DNA from: Patulibacter sp.
GTDB lineage: Bacteria > Actinomycetota > Thermoleophilia > Solirubrobacterales > Solirubrobacteraceae
Direction: 5' to 3'
Length of the DNA stretch: 64,000 nucleotides
Assembly: GCA_047604965.1 (NCBI GenBank)
Contig: JASGGQ010000001.1
Span: 88 to 64,087 of the forward strand
Every line of letters begins with the position of its first letter. Position 1 is the first letter of the stretch. Shown here in pieces: positions 12,325 to 20,896 of this stretch. The notes under the pieces are model-generated. The model was not told the DNA's origin. It did no database searches and worked only from the letters and a program-made list of their open reading frames with translations. Both the position numbers and the translations under genes were made by a program.

Positions 12325-13566
12325 TCAACGGGTGCGGATCGTGCGCGAAAGCGTCGAGCGGTTGCCGGCGCCGTCGGTGACCGCGACCAGCAGCGTGAGC
12401 CGCGCACCCTGCGGCCGGCGGATCGCGGTGCGCGTCCGCGAATCTAGGGCGACTGCGACGCGGTCGTAGCCGGCGCCGCCGCTGACCTCAGCATCTGAGG
12501 TGCCGGCGGTGCGCCCCGCGTACTTCACCTTCGCGGTGCCCGCGCATGCCTCGTCGCAGTTCACCGTCAGCTGGACGCCGCCCGCCAGGAGCCGCGAGCG
12601 CAGCTGCGTCGACGACGACGACACCGACAGTCCAGGCCGGCTCGTGTCGTTCGCGACCGTGCCGGCAGCGGCGAGCGCGACCAGCGACGCGCTGCTGCCG
12701 ATCACGAAGTTGCTGCCAACTGCCGATGCCTTGCCGTCGCTCAGGTTCACGCGGTAGAGCCCGACCCGCGTGCCTCCAGCGGTCGTGGTGATCGCGGCGT
12801 AGCCGGCGTTGTCGTCGGCGATGTCGAACGCAACCGGGCTGCCGTTCGTGCCGAGCGTCCCGACGGTGTGCAGCACTCCGTCGTCGATCGGCTCCTGCCG
12901 CACCACGGTGTTGCGCGCCGCGTCGAGTGCGAACAGCTGCGTGGTCGTGCCGACCGGGAAGGAGTTCGTGAACGCGATCGCCGCGAGCTTCGGGGTGGTC
13001 CCGGCGCCCGCGTCGCCCGAAGCGTATGCGGGGACGCCGAGCGGCTGGCCCGGCGCATCGGTGGCGGTTGGGGTCGGCGTCGTGGTCGCCGTCGTGTCTG
13101 CCGGTGTGGCGGTCGGCGTCGGCGTGACCGTCACACGATCGAGCTGGCCGGTTGACGGGTCGATGCGCAGGTTCTGGCCGGCAGTCGTCTCGACCTGAAT
13201 GCGATCGCGGACCGGGTCGAAGTTCAGGCTCGCGCGATCGCCGGTCAGTGCCGGGTCGAGCTCCTGCTCGCCGACGTACCGCACGGCGGCGGTACGCGGG
13301 TTGATGACGACGAAGCGGTTCTTGTTCGTCAGGCCGTACAGCCGCAGGTCGGCCGGCCGCAGATCGAGCCCGATGACGCGCTCGCCGTCGCGCAGCCCTT
13401 GGATCGGCAGCGCCGGAACGGTCGTCGTGTTGTCGGACTGGAAGGTGACGAGCTCGTTGTCGCTCGTGACGCCGTAAAAGGCGGTCGCGGCCGACGCGCC
13501 GGCCGGAGCGGCGATCGCAAGTGCCAGCGGCGCGGCAACGATGGCGAGGTGACGGGTAATGGACAT
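12325..13566 (-). CDS. Secreted DUF4394-domain protein
   Basis: Signal peptide MSITRHLAIVAAPLALAIAAPAGASA, with the ATG at 13566 preceded by GGAGGA. DUF4394-like core: FYGVTSDNELVTF...VIGLDLRPADLRLYGLTNKNRFVVINPRTAAV. There is a T/P-rich linker and a C-terminal Ig-like region. Confidence 0.8.
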   Translation of the reverse strand: MSITRHLAIVAAPLALAIAAPAGASAATAFYGVTSDNELVTFQSDNTTTVPALPIQGLRDGERVIGLDLRPADLRLYGLTNKNRFVVINPRTAAVRYVGEQELDPALTGDRASLNFDPVRDRIQVETTAGQNLRIDPSTGQLDRVTVTPTPTATPADTTATTTPTPTATDAPGQPLGVPAYASGDAGAGTTPKLAAIAFTNSFPVGTTTQLFALDAARNTVVRQEPIDDGVLHTVGTLGTNGSPVAFDIADDNAGYAAITTTAGGTRVGLYRVNLSDGKASAVGSNFVIGSSASLVALAAAGTVANDTSRPGLSVSSSSTQLRSRLLAGGVQLTVNCDEACAGTAKVKYAGRTAGTSDAEVSGGAGYDRVAVALDSRTRTAIRRPQGARLTLLVAVTDGAGNRSTLSRTIRTR

Positions 13567-13727
13567 GGTTCCTCCGTGGTGCGCGACGTCGCAGGGACGC
13601 CGATCTGCCCGTCGCAACGCACGACTGGGCCGAGCGATGCGCGCCGGCCGCCAAGCTGGCGCGCAGGCGTGTCTGCGTCAAAGCGCTGCAACGGCGGTTG
13701 CGCGACGGCGAGGTGACCCAACCAGCT

Positions 13728-14015
13728 TCAGCGGTGCGCGCCGAGCCGGTCCGCCAGTGCGTCGTCGTCGATCCCGGAGATCTCCAGCACCTTGTCGCGC
13801 GCCGTCAGGCCGATCACGACGCTCACCTGCCGCGCGCGCAGTCCGAGCGCGCCCGCAACGACCGCGCATACCTCCGCGTTCGCGCGGCCGTCCAGCGGTG
13901 GAGCGGCCACGCGCACCAGCAGCACGCCATCCTCGCGCCGGCCGGCGATCCCGGGCCGCTTCGCGCGCGGCGTGACACGAACGGCAAGGCGCACCACCGT
14001 CGCAGAGTGTCGCAC
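13728..14015 (-). CDS. DUF167/YggU-family protein
   Basis: The C-terminal 95 codons of track ORF 13728..14315 match the YggU pattern: VRVTPRAKRPGI...LLVRVAAPPLDGRANAEV...VIGLTARDKVLEISG. The proposed GTG start at 14015 is approximate. Confidence 0.7.
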   Translation of the reverse strand: MRHSATVVRLAVRVTPRAKRPGIAGRREDGVLLVRVAAPPLDGRANAEVCAVVAGALGLRARQVSVVIGLTARDKVLEISGIDDDALADRLGAHR

Positions 14016-14050
14016 GCACGCTGAAGCGTCGCTGCTCGTGCCCGCGCTGC

Positions 14051-14683
14051 TCAGTCGACTTCGGTGCGTGGGCAGAGCGACCGCAGCGCGCAGGCGTCGC
14101 ACTTCGGTCGTTGCGCGGCGCAGGTGCGTCGTCCGTGCCGCAGGAGGCCTACGTGCAGCTCCCAGGCGGCGCCGGCCGGGGTGAGCGCCAGCATCGCGTC
14201 GTGCAGTTCGTCGAGCGGTGCGCCGGGGCGCAGCAACCCGAGGCGTGTGCCGACGCGCGAGACGTGCGTGTCGACGGGAACGTCCTGCATACCGAAGGAG
14301 AACAGCAGCACGCACGCCGCCGTCTTGCGGCCGACGCCGGGCAGCGCGCAGAGGGCGGCTTGTGCGTCGCGCAGCGGGAGTTCGGCGAGCGCGTCGAGTG
14401 AGAGCGGCTCGCCGATCGCGGTGAGGATCGCTTGGATGCGTGCCGACTTGACCTTCGAGATGCCGCCCCGGCGGATCGCGCGTTCAACCTCGTCGACCGG
14501 CGCGTCGCGCACCTGCTCCCACGTTGCGAAGCGGTCGGTCAGCCCGAGGTATGCGATGTCGCGGTTGCGGTCGTTGGTTGATTGTGAGAGGACGGTGAGG
14601 ATCAGCTCGCCGATCGGGTCGCCGTGCGGCCGCTCGACCGGCACGCCGTAGAGGTCGCGCAGCCGGCTGCGCAAGCGCCGCAC
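14051..14683 (-). CDS. nth: Endonuclease III (DNA glycosylase/AP lyase)
   Basis: Helix-hairpin-helix LPGVGRKTAACV, catalytic region DTHVSRV, and a 4Fe-4S cluster loop C-x6-C-x2-C-x5-C (CAAQRPKCDACALRSLC). I re-set the start to GTG 14683; the track ORF has a 270-aa Arg-rich artefactual extension. Confidence 0.9.
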   Translation of the reverse strand: MRRLRSRLRDLYGVPVERPHGDPIGELILTVLSQSTNDRNRDIAYLGLTDRFATWEQVRDAPVDEVERAIRRGGISKVKSARIQAILTAIGEPLSLDALAELPLRDAQAALCALPGVGRKTAACVLLFSFGMQDVPVDTHVSRVGTRLGLLRPGAPLDELHDAMLALTPAGAAWELHVGLLRHGRRTCAAQRPKCDACALRSLCPRTEVD

Positions 14684-14775
14684 GCGGCCGGCACTTGGCG
14701 CACGCCAATCGGCGCGGGAGATCGTCGCTTTGCCGCGTACCTGCGGGCCGGTGCGCCGTGCGGTCGACGCCACCG

Positions 14776-15675
14776 CTATACGGCGCCCCAGCGCTGCACG
14801 ACTTCGGCGGCGGCGCGCATTGCGTCGGGCAGGGCGGCGTTCAGTGCGGGGGCGTAGCCGCGGCTGGCGGCGAGCGCGGCAAGCAGCACGCCGGTCACGG
14901 CGTCTCCGGCGCCGGAGGTGCTGCGCGGCGTGACGGGAACGCCGGCAACCTCCCGCGCGACGCCATCTTCGCCGCGTAGGACGGCGCCGCGCTCGCCACA
15001 CGTCACGACGACGTTGCGGGCCACGTCGCCTTGGAGCGCGGCGGCGGCGGCGGCGGGATCGGCTTCGCCGGTCAGCCAGCGCGCTTCTTCGTGGTTCATT
15101 TTGGCGACGAAGACGCCGTCGAGTAGTTGAAGCGTCGCGTCGACCATCGCCTGGTGGCTGGCCCAGCGGCCGGGGCGCATGTTTGCGTCGACGACGACGA
15201 GTTTGCCGGCGTCGAGCGCTTGCTGGCGCGCGCCGAGCGTGAGCTGGCGCTCCTGGTCGCCAAGCAGCGTGTTGGAGGCAAGCAGCACCAGGTCGGCGCG
15301 GCCGATCGCGCCGGGGATGCGGTCGGCGGCGGGGACCAGCCCAAGGCCGGTCGTGCTGCCGTAGATCGCGTAGTTCGGTTCGCCGCGCCGATCGACGGTG
15401 ACGAGTGCCAGCGGTGTACGGCCGCCTGTTTCGTGGACGAGATCGGTGGTGTCGATCTGTTCGGCGTGCAGCCGCCGGGCGAGCCAGTGTCCCCACGGGT
15501 CGTCGCCGACGCCACCGCAGATCGCGACCTGCGCGCCGCGCCGCGCCGCCTGCACGGCGACGTTTGCGAGCGCCCCGCCGAAGTGCGGCACGAAGCCATC
15601 AACGTCGGTCGGGTCGGCGGCGGGCCGCTCGGCGACCAGGTCGACGAGCGCCTCGCCGAGGCAGACGATGCGCAT
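14776..15675 (-). CDS. PfkB-family carbohydrate kinase (fructokinase/KDG-kinase-like)
   Basis: The start is MRIVCLGEALVDL (ATG 15675). It has the N-terminal GG motif (HFGGALANVAV) and the C-terminal ATP/anion-hole motif TSGAGDAVTG. Confidence 0.88.
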   Translation of the reverse strand: MRIVCLGEALVDLVAERPAADPTDVDGFVPHFGGALANVAVQAARRGAQVAICGGVGDDPWGHWLARRLHAEQIDTTDLVHETGGRTPLALVTVDRRGEPNYAIYGSTTGLGLVPAADRIPGAIGRADLVLLASNTLLGDQERQLTLGARQQALDAGKLVVVDANMRPGRWASHQAMVDATLQLLDGVFVAKMNHEEARWLTGEADPAAAAAALQGDVARNVVVTCGERGAVLRGEDGVAREVAGVPVTPRSTSGAGDAVTGVLLAALAASRGYAPALNAALPDAMRAAAEVVQRWGAV

Positions 15676-15724
15676 ACGCCAGATCGTACGGCGTGCCGCC
15701 GGTGGCCGGTGTGCGCCACGCCAG

Positions 15725-15800
15725 CTGCCGCACCAAATCTCGGTGCGGCAGTTCGTGTTCGTACGAACACCAGCTGCCGCACCGAGATGTGGTGCGTCGG
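15725..15800. promoter_or_regulatory. Palindromic complex: four 10-nt segments that can pair with each other, around a 52-bp near-perfect palindrome (15737..15788)
   Basis: Read directly. The four segments are CTGCCGCACC (15725-34), GGTGCGGCAG (15742-51), CTGCCGCACC (15774-83) and GGTGCGTCGG (15791-800). The central 16-bp perfect palindrome is GTGTTCGTACGAACAC (15755-70). It lies in the divergent intergenic region between the PfkB kinase and the PAP2 gene. Confidence 0.8.
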
Positions 15801-16013
15801 GGTGGCACCACTTGCGTGACGGGCGGCCGGCGTACGCGGCCCGACTGCTCGGCCGGGCCGTTGCCGACGCGGCGCACGAGTTCTGGTCGTGCGACATCAG
15901 CCTCCTCGAGTACCGGTTCATGCGCGCAGATGCGCTGCTGGGCCCAAATCAGATCACCGACGCCTGAAGGGACGAGCGCGGCATGAACCGGCCGCCGCGT
16001 ACCATGGGGGGCT

Positions 16014-16781
16014 GTGCCTGACCGTCGCGCACCTTGGCTGCCGAACGGCTGGCGCGACTTCGCGGTGCAGCTGGTCGTGCTCGCGGTCGCGATCTTCGCC
16101 TACCAGCTCACCCGCGGCCTGGCTGACAGCGGCGCGACCGCCGCGCAGGCGGTCGACAACGCGCGCCACCTCGTCGCGATCGAGCGGGCGCTCGGGCTGT
16201 ACGTCGAGCCAGACATCCAGCGTTGGGCGCTCGGCGTGCCCGATCTCACCGACATCCTCTCGTGGGTGTACCTCAACGTGCAGACCACGCTGACGCTCGC
16301 CGGCCTGCTGTGGATCTACCTGCGTCACAACGAGCGCTACTACTTCGTGCGCAACATGTTCTTCGTGTCATTCGTGGGTGCGTGCGCGATCTACGCGCTG
16401 CTGCCGACCGCCCCGCCGCGCCTGATGCCCGCCGAATATGGCTTCGTCGACTCGGTGCAGCAGTTCTCCGGCGCCCGCAAATTCATCTGGCAGGCCTTCG
16501 CCAATCCGTACGCCGCGATGCCTTCGATGCACGTTGGGTTTTCGCTGATGATCGGCTGGTCGATCGCGTCGCTCGCGCGCCGCCGGGCGGTACGTGCCGC
16601 CTGGCTTGCCTATCCGACTGGCATCCTGTGGGTCGTCGTCGCGACGGGCAACCACTTCTGGCTCGACGCGGCGGCCGGCGCGGCAGTTGCCGCAGTCGGT
16701 GCCGGAAGTGCCTACGCTCTGGGTCGACTCCGCCCCGCTTCGTGGGCGTGGACCGGACAGCCATCGGAAGCCACCACGTGA
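16014..16781 (+). CDS. PAP2-superfamily integral membrane phosphatase/transferase
   Basis: 255 aa with multiple TM segments. PAP2 C2/C3 motifs are present: PSMHVGFS and GNHFWLDAAAG. Its stop overlaps the next gene's start (GTGA). Confidence 0.85.
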   Translation: MPDRRAPWLPNGWRDFAVQLVVLAVAIFAYQLTRGLADSGATAAQAVDNARHLVAIERALGLYVEPDIQRWALGVPDLTDILSWVYLNVQTTLTLAGLLWIYLRHNERYYFVRNMFFVSFVGACAIYALLPTAPPRLMPAEYGFVDSVQQFSGARKFIWQAFANPYAAMPSMHVGFSLMIGWSIASLARRRAVRAAWLAYPTGILWVVVATGNHFWLDAAAGAAVAAVGAGSAYALGRLRPASWAWTGQPSEATT

Positions 16782-17395
16782 CCAGCACGCCCCCAACTTC
16801 GCCGCAGCGGCCTCGGATCATCAGTCCTGAACGCCAGGAACTCGTCCGCAACCGCCTGATCGAATCGCGGCTGACTCCGAACGCGATCTCACTGACCGGG
16901 CTGGCGCTCTGCCTCGTTGCCGCCGGCCTGGTGTACGCCGACCAGCTCTTCCTCGGCGGCATCGCGTTCATCGTCGGCTCGGTCTGCGACATGCTCGACG
17001 GCAAGTACTCGCGGATGTCCGGCAAAGCCTCGCCGTTCGGTGCGTTCCTGGACTCGACGCTCGACCGGATCGAGGAGGGCGTGATGTTGACGGTGATCGC
17101 CGCGAGCTTCGCTGCCGACGCGAACAAGCTCGCGACCGCCGCGACCGCCGGTGCGATCGTCAGCTCGCTGATGGTGTCGTACACCCGCGCGCGCGCCGAA
17201 GCGCTTGGCGTCGAATGCAAGGTCGGCTTCGGGAATCGCGCCGGCCGCGTCATCATTCTCAGCGCCGGCCTGCTCCTCGCGGGGCTCGGTGTGCTCGAAT
17301 ACGCCGTCTACATCCTTGCCGCACTGAGTACGGTCACCGTGCTCCAACGCATCTTCCACGTCCGCCAGGCGCTGCTCGCGCCCTCCGCGATCTGA
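16778..17395 (+). CDS. pgsA: CDP-alcohol phosphatidyltransferase (phosphatidylinositol-phosphate synthase-like)
   Basis: CDP-OH-P motif DMLDGKYSRMSGKASPFGAFLDSTLDRIEE (D-x2-DG-x2-(A/S)R...G-x3-D-x3-D). It is a 205-aa membrane protein with a GTG start at 16778, in frame inside track ORF 16223..17395. It is adjacent to ino1. The gene symbol is tentative. Confidence 0.85.
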   Translation: MTSTPPTSPQRPRIISPERQELVRNRLIESRLTPNAISLTGLALCLVAAGLVYADQLFLGGIAFIVGSVCDMLDGKYSRMSGKASPFGAFLDSTLDRIEEGVMLTVIAASFAADANKLATAATAGAIVSSLMVSYTRARAEALGVECKVGFGNRAGRVIILSAGLLLAGLGVLEYAVYILAALSTVTVLQRIFHVRQALLAPSAI

Positions 17396-17452
17396 GCGCC
17401 GGCCGGCGCGAACGTTCACCCCGTTTTCCCTTCTCAGGAGTTCGACCAGCAC

Positions 17453-18568
17453 ATGACCGACCGTCAGCAGGACAAGGTCCGCGTCGCCATCATCGGCGTC
17501 GGCAACTGCGCGAACAGCTTCGTTCAGGGCGTCCACCACTACCGCAACGCCGCCGATCACGACGACGTGCCGGGGCTCATGCACGTCAATCTCGGTGGCT
17601 ACCACGTCTCCGACATCGAGTTCACTGCCGCGTTCGACATCAACGCCACGAAGGTCGGCAAGGATCTCGGTGAGGCGATCTGGGCCGACCCGAACGACAC
17701 GATCAAGTTCACCGAGGTGCCGACCGACACCGGCGTGAAGGTCTACCGCGGCATGACGCACGACGGGATCGGCAAGTACCCGGCGACGAAGATCAGCAAG
17801 GCACCCGGCCCAACCGACGACATCGTCAAGATCCTCCAAGAGACGAAGACCGACGTCGTCGTCTCCTATCTGCCGGTCGGCTCTGAGCAGGCGACGAAGT
17901 GGTACGTCGAGCAGGTGCTTGAGGCCGGCTGCGCGTTCGTCAACTGCATCCCCGTCTTCATCGCCTCCGAGGACTACTGGAACAACCGCTTCATCGAGAA
18001 GGGGCTGCCGATCATCGGCGACGACATCAAGTCGCAGGTCGGCGCGACGATCGTCCACCGCACGCTCGCCCGCCTCTTCCACGAGCGCGGCGTCCACCTT
18101 GAGCGCACCAGCCAGCTCAACGTGGGCGGCAACATGGACTTCTTCAACATGCTCGAACGCGAGCGCCTTGAATCCAAGAAGATCTCCAAGACGCAGGCCG
18201 TGACCTCGATCATGGGCCGCGAGCTGCCGGACACCGACGTGTACATCGGCCCCTCCGACTACGTGCCGTGGCTGACCGACCGCAAATGGGCCCACATCCG
18301 CCTCGAAGGCAAGTCGTTCGGCGGCGTGCCGCTGACGGTCGAAACCAAGCTTGAGGTGTGGGACTCGCCGAACTCGGCTGGCGTGATCATCGACGCCGTG
18401 CGCTGTCTCAAGCTGGCCCTCAATCACGGCCTCTCCGGCCAGATCGACGGCCCGTCGAGCTACTTCATGAAGTCGCCCAAGCATCAGCGTCCCGACGACG
18501 AGTGCCGCGAGAACACCGAAGAGTTCATCGCCACGCACGCCCGGTTGGTCGACGGCATCAAGGCGTAG
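17453..18568 (+). CDS. ino1: myo-Inositol-1-phosphate synthase (actinobacterial/archaeal type)
   Basis: 371 aa with N-terminal NAD-binding [19 protein letters not shown]. The length and conserved blocks ([31 protein letters not shown]) are typical of Ino1. Confidence 0.95.
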   Translation: MTDRQQDKVRVAIIGVGNCANSFVQGVHHYRNAADHDDVPGLMHVNLGGYHVSDIEFTAAFDINATKVGKDLGEAIWADPNDTIKFTEVPTDTGVKVYRGMTHDGIGKYPATKISKAPGPTDDIVKILQETKTDVVVSYLPVGSEQATKWYVEQVLEAGCAFVNCIPVFIASEDYWNNRFIEKGLPIIGDDIKSQVGATIVHRTLARLFHERGVHLERTSQLNVGGNMDFFNMLERERLESKKISKTQAVTSIMGRELPDTDVYIGPSDYVPWLTDRKWAHIRLEGKSFGGVPLTVETKLEVWDSPNSAGVIIDAVRCLKLALNHGLSGQIDGPSSYFMKSPKHQRPDDECRENTEEFIATHARLVDGIKA

Positions 18569-18800
18569 CGCCGCGCTCCCAGCGACTGCCCAGGCTTTGC
18601 GCAGCGCCCGCTCGGGAATGCCCGCCAAAGTACTTCCCATGACCAGCAGGGACAGGGACGACAACCAACAGCAGGTCATGCGGCGCACCACGCGGCCGGG
18701 CAGGGCCGCACGCGCCGCCCACGCGGCATAACCCGCCGGGAACGCGCTCTGGGCGGGGCGCGTTCCCAGCGAGCCGCAAACAATCACATACAAGGGACAC

Positions 18801-18847
18801 CACGCACGTGCCGGGCCCGGCGTTTTGCCGGCGCCCGGCAGCGTGCG
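18801..18847. other. Long GC-rich hairpin (about 20 bp of stem with two single-nt bulges, GTTTT loop) between ino1 and the GT-PHP gene
   Basis: Read directly: ACGCACG-TGCCGGGC-CCGGC-gtttt-GCCGG-c-GCCCGGCA-g-CGTGCGT. A second hairpin, GGGAACGCGC-N10-GCGCGTTCCC, lies about 60 nt upstream. Confidence 0.7.
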
Positions 18848-18955
18848 TGCCGGTGGCCAATGCGGCCGGTCGCGGTGCAGGTCGCGCCCGGGATCGACGC
18901 AGGACTGGCGCGCGATCGGCTCGACAAGACGGCCGCCGTCCGTAGACTCGGCACG

Positions 18956-20896
18956 GTGACCGACACTGGCTCGCTTCTGATCGCCCAGATCTGCCCCCGG
19001 CCGATCGACGATCACCACGAGACCGCCCGCCACGCGCGGCTGCTCGCGACCGGCCTGGCCGAGCGCGGCCACCGCGTGATCGTCGTTGCACCGAGCCGCG
19101 ACCGCAGTGCGATCCGCGACAGCCGCGCCGCGCTGAGCACCGATCCGCAGCGGCTGATCCCCGAGCCCGGCGGCCCGCCGACGCAGCTGGCGATCGGCGA
19201 ACCGTCGCTGCCGGTGCGCGCCGGACGCCGTGAAGGGATTGTCCCGGTCGATGTGGCACGCACCTTGGAAGCGCTGTTCGAGGCCGTCGCGTTCGATCTC
19301 TGCCACCTGCACGATCCGCTGCCGCCGTCGGTGACTGCCGCTGCACTGAAAGCCAGCGGGGCGCTCAACGTCGCGACCTTCCACAGCTCGCCACAGCGCA
19401 CCCTCTCAGCGCCGATCACCCGCCGGATGCGCGAGCAGCGCTTCGGACGGCTCGACGCGCGACTGGCGACCTCGCTCGTGGTCGCCCACGAAGTCGAATC
19501 GTTGCTCGGCGGCACCGTTACCCCGATCGCGCCGGGTTCAGGGCGCGTCCAAGGTGCCGCGAGCATGCCACCCCGGCCGGAGTCGCCGCAGGCGCCGCTG
19601 CGCATCGCATACGTCGAACAGGAGGAGCGCGCCGCGATGCGCACCGTGCTGCGCGCACTGCGGATGCTGCCGGCCGGGCTGCCGTGGGAAGCGCGGCTGA
19701 TGAGCGCGCGCGGCCCCTCGGCCAGCGCGCCGGTGCCGCCCGAACTGGCGGGGCAGGTGACCTTCCTGCCTGTCGGCGACGACGCCGCAGAGCAGACGCT
19801 GCTGGAGTGGGCTCAGGTCGCGATCTTTGCCTCCGATGGCGCCGATCCGGCGCCGACCGGCATCGTGCGTGCGATTGCGGCCGGCGCCGTGCCGATCGCG
19901 ACGCGCCTGGCGGCGCACCTGGAAGTGATCGGCGAAGATGAGCGCGGCCTGCGGATCGATGTACGCAGCCCCGAATCGATCGCGCATGCGATCGAGCGGC
20001 TCGCGAGCGACCGCGCGCTGCTGCACCGTCTGCACGATGCCGGTGCGACCGTCCGCTCCGCACAACGCCCGGCGCGCGTCGTCGACGCGGTGATCGACGC
20101 CTATCGCGCGCTCCTGGCGCGCCGCCGAGACCCGGCGGTTCCGCCGGCGCTCGTCGCCCGCCTCGCCGACCGCCCGCTGATCGACGTCGACCTGCACATG
20201 CACACCGACCATTCGCACGACTGCGCGACCCCGGTCGAAGTGCTGCTCGCAACCGCCAAGGAGCGCGGCCTCGGCGCGATCGCCGTCACCGACCACAACG
20301 AGATCTCCGGCGCGCTGGAAGCCGCCGAACTCAGCGAACGGTACGGCGTGAAGGTGATCATCGGCGAAGAGGTCAAAACGGCGTCGCAAGGCGAAGTGAT
20401 CGGCCTCTTTTTGACCGAGAAGATCCCGCGTGGCCTGACGCTGCAAGCCACGATCGCGGAGATCAAACGCCAAGGTGGCGTGGTCTACGTGCCGCACCCG
20501 TTCGACCGGATGCACGCCGTCCCCGACTATGAGCATCTGCTCGACGTGCTCGATGAGATCGACGCGATCGAGATTTTCAACCCGCGCGTCGCCGTCGGCA
20601 CCTTCAACGACGAAGCGCGGCGCTTCGCGACGAAATACCGCCTCGCACAAGGCGCCGGCTCCGACGCGCACGTCGCGCAGGGGCTCGGCTCGGTGCGCGT
20701 GCGGATGCCGGACTTCGACACGCCGCAGGAGTTCCTCGCCGGCCTGCGCATGGCGGAGATCGCGCCCCGCCCCGCCAGCCTGCTGTACGTGCAGGCGCTC
20801 AAGTTCTTGGAGACAAAAGCCACGCCGGCCGGCGCGCGGCGCGCGCGCAACGAGCGGCGCGTACGGCGGGCTGAGCGCGGTGCAGAACGCTCGTGA
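18956..20896 (+). CDS. Fusion protein: N-terminal GT-B (GT4-like) glycosyltransferase plus C-terminal PHP-family phosphoesterase
   Basis: The N-terminal ~430 aa have a GT4 layout (LLIAQICP...GHRVIVVAP; C-terminal Rossmann half ...VAIFASDGADPAPTGIVRAIAAGAVPIATRL). The C-terminal ~230 aa carry PHP motifs: DLHMHTDHSHD, AVTDHN, GEEV, YVPHPFD, GSDAH. The start is probably GTG 18956; the track ORF starts at 18860. Confidence 0.85.
   Translation: MTDTGSLLIAQICPRPIDDHHETARHARLLATGLAERGHRVIVVAPSRDRSAIRDSRAALSTDPQRLIPEPGGPPTQLAIGEPSLPVRAGRREGIVPVDVARTLEALFEAVAFDLCHLHDPLPPSVTAAALKASGALNVATFHSSPQRTLSAPITRRMREQRFGRLDARLATSLVVAHEVESLLGGTVTPIAPGSGRVQGAASMPPRPESPQAPLRIAYVEQEERAAMRTVLRALRMLPAGLPWEARLMSARGPSASAPVPPELAGQVTFLPVGDDAAEQTLLEWAQVAIFASDGADPAPTGIVRAIAAGAVPIATRLAAHLEVIGEDERGLRIDVRSPESIAHAIERLASDRALLHRLHDAGATVRSAQRPARVVDAVIDAYRALLARRRDPAVPPALVARLADRPLIDVDLHMHTDHSHDCATPVEVLLATAKERGLGAIAVTDHNEISGALEAAELSERYGVKVIIGEEVKTASQGEVIGLFLTEKIPRGLTLQATIAEIKRQGGVVYVPHPFDRMHAVPDYEHLLDVLDEIDAIEIFNPRVAVGTFNDEARRFATKYRLAQGAGSDAHVAQGLGSVRVRMPDFDTPQEFLAGLRMAEIAPRPASLLYVQALKFLETKATPAGARRARNERRVRRAERGAERS

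Noticed and set aside
16889-19384. An 831-aa minus-strand ORF spanning pgsA, ino1 and the start of the GT-PHP gene.
   Set aside because: It is antisense to three genes with strong family signatures, and its translation is low-complexity (R, A, G, D, V rich) with no recognisable domain. It is a shadow ORF.
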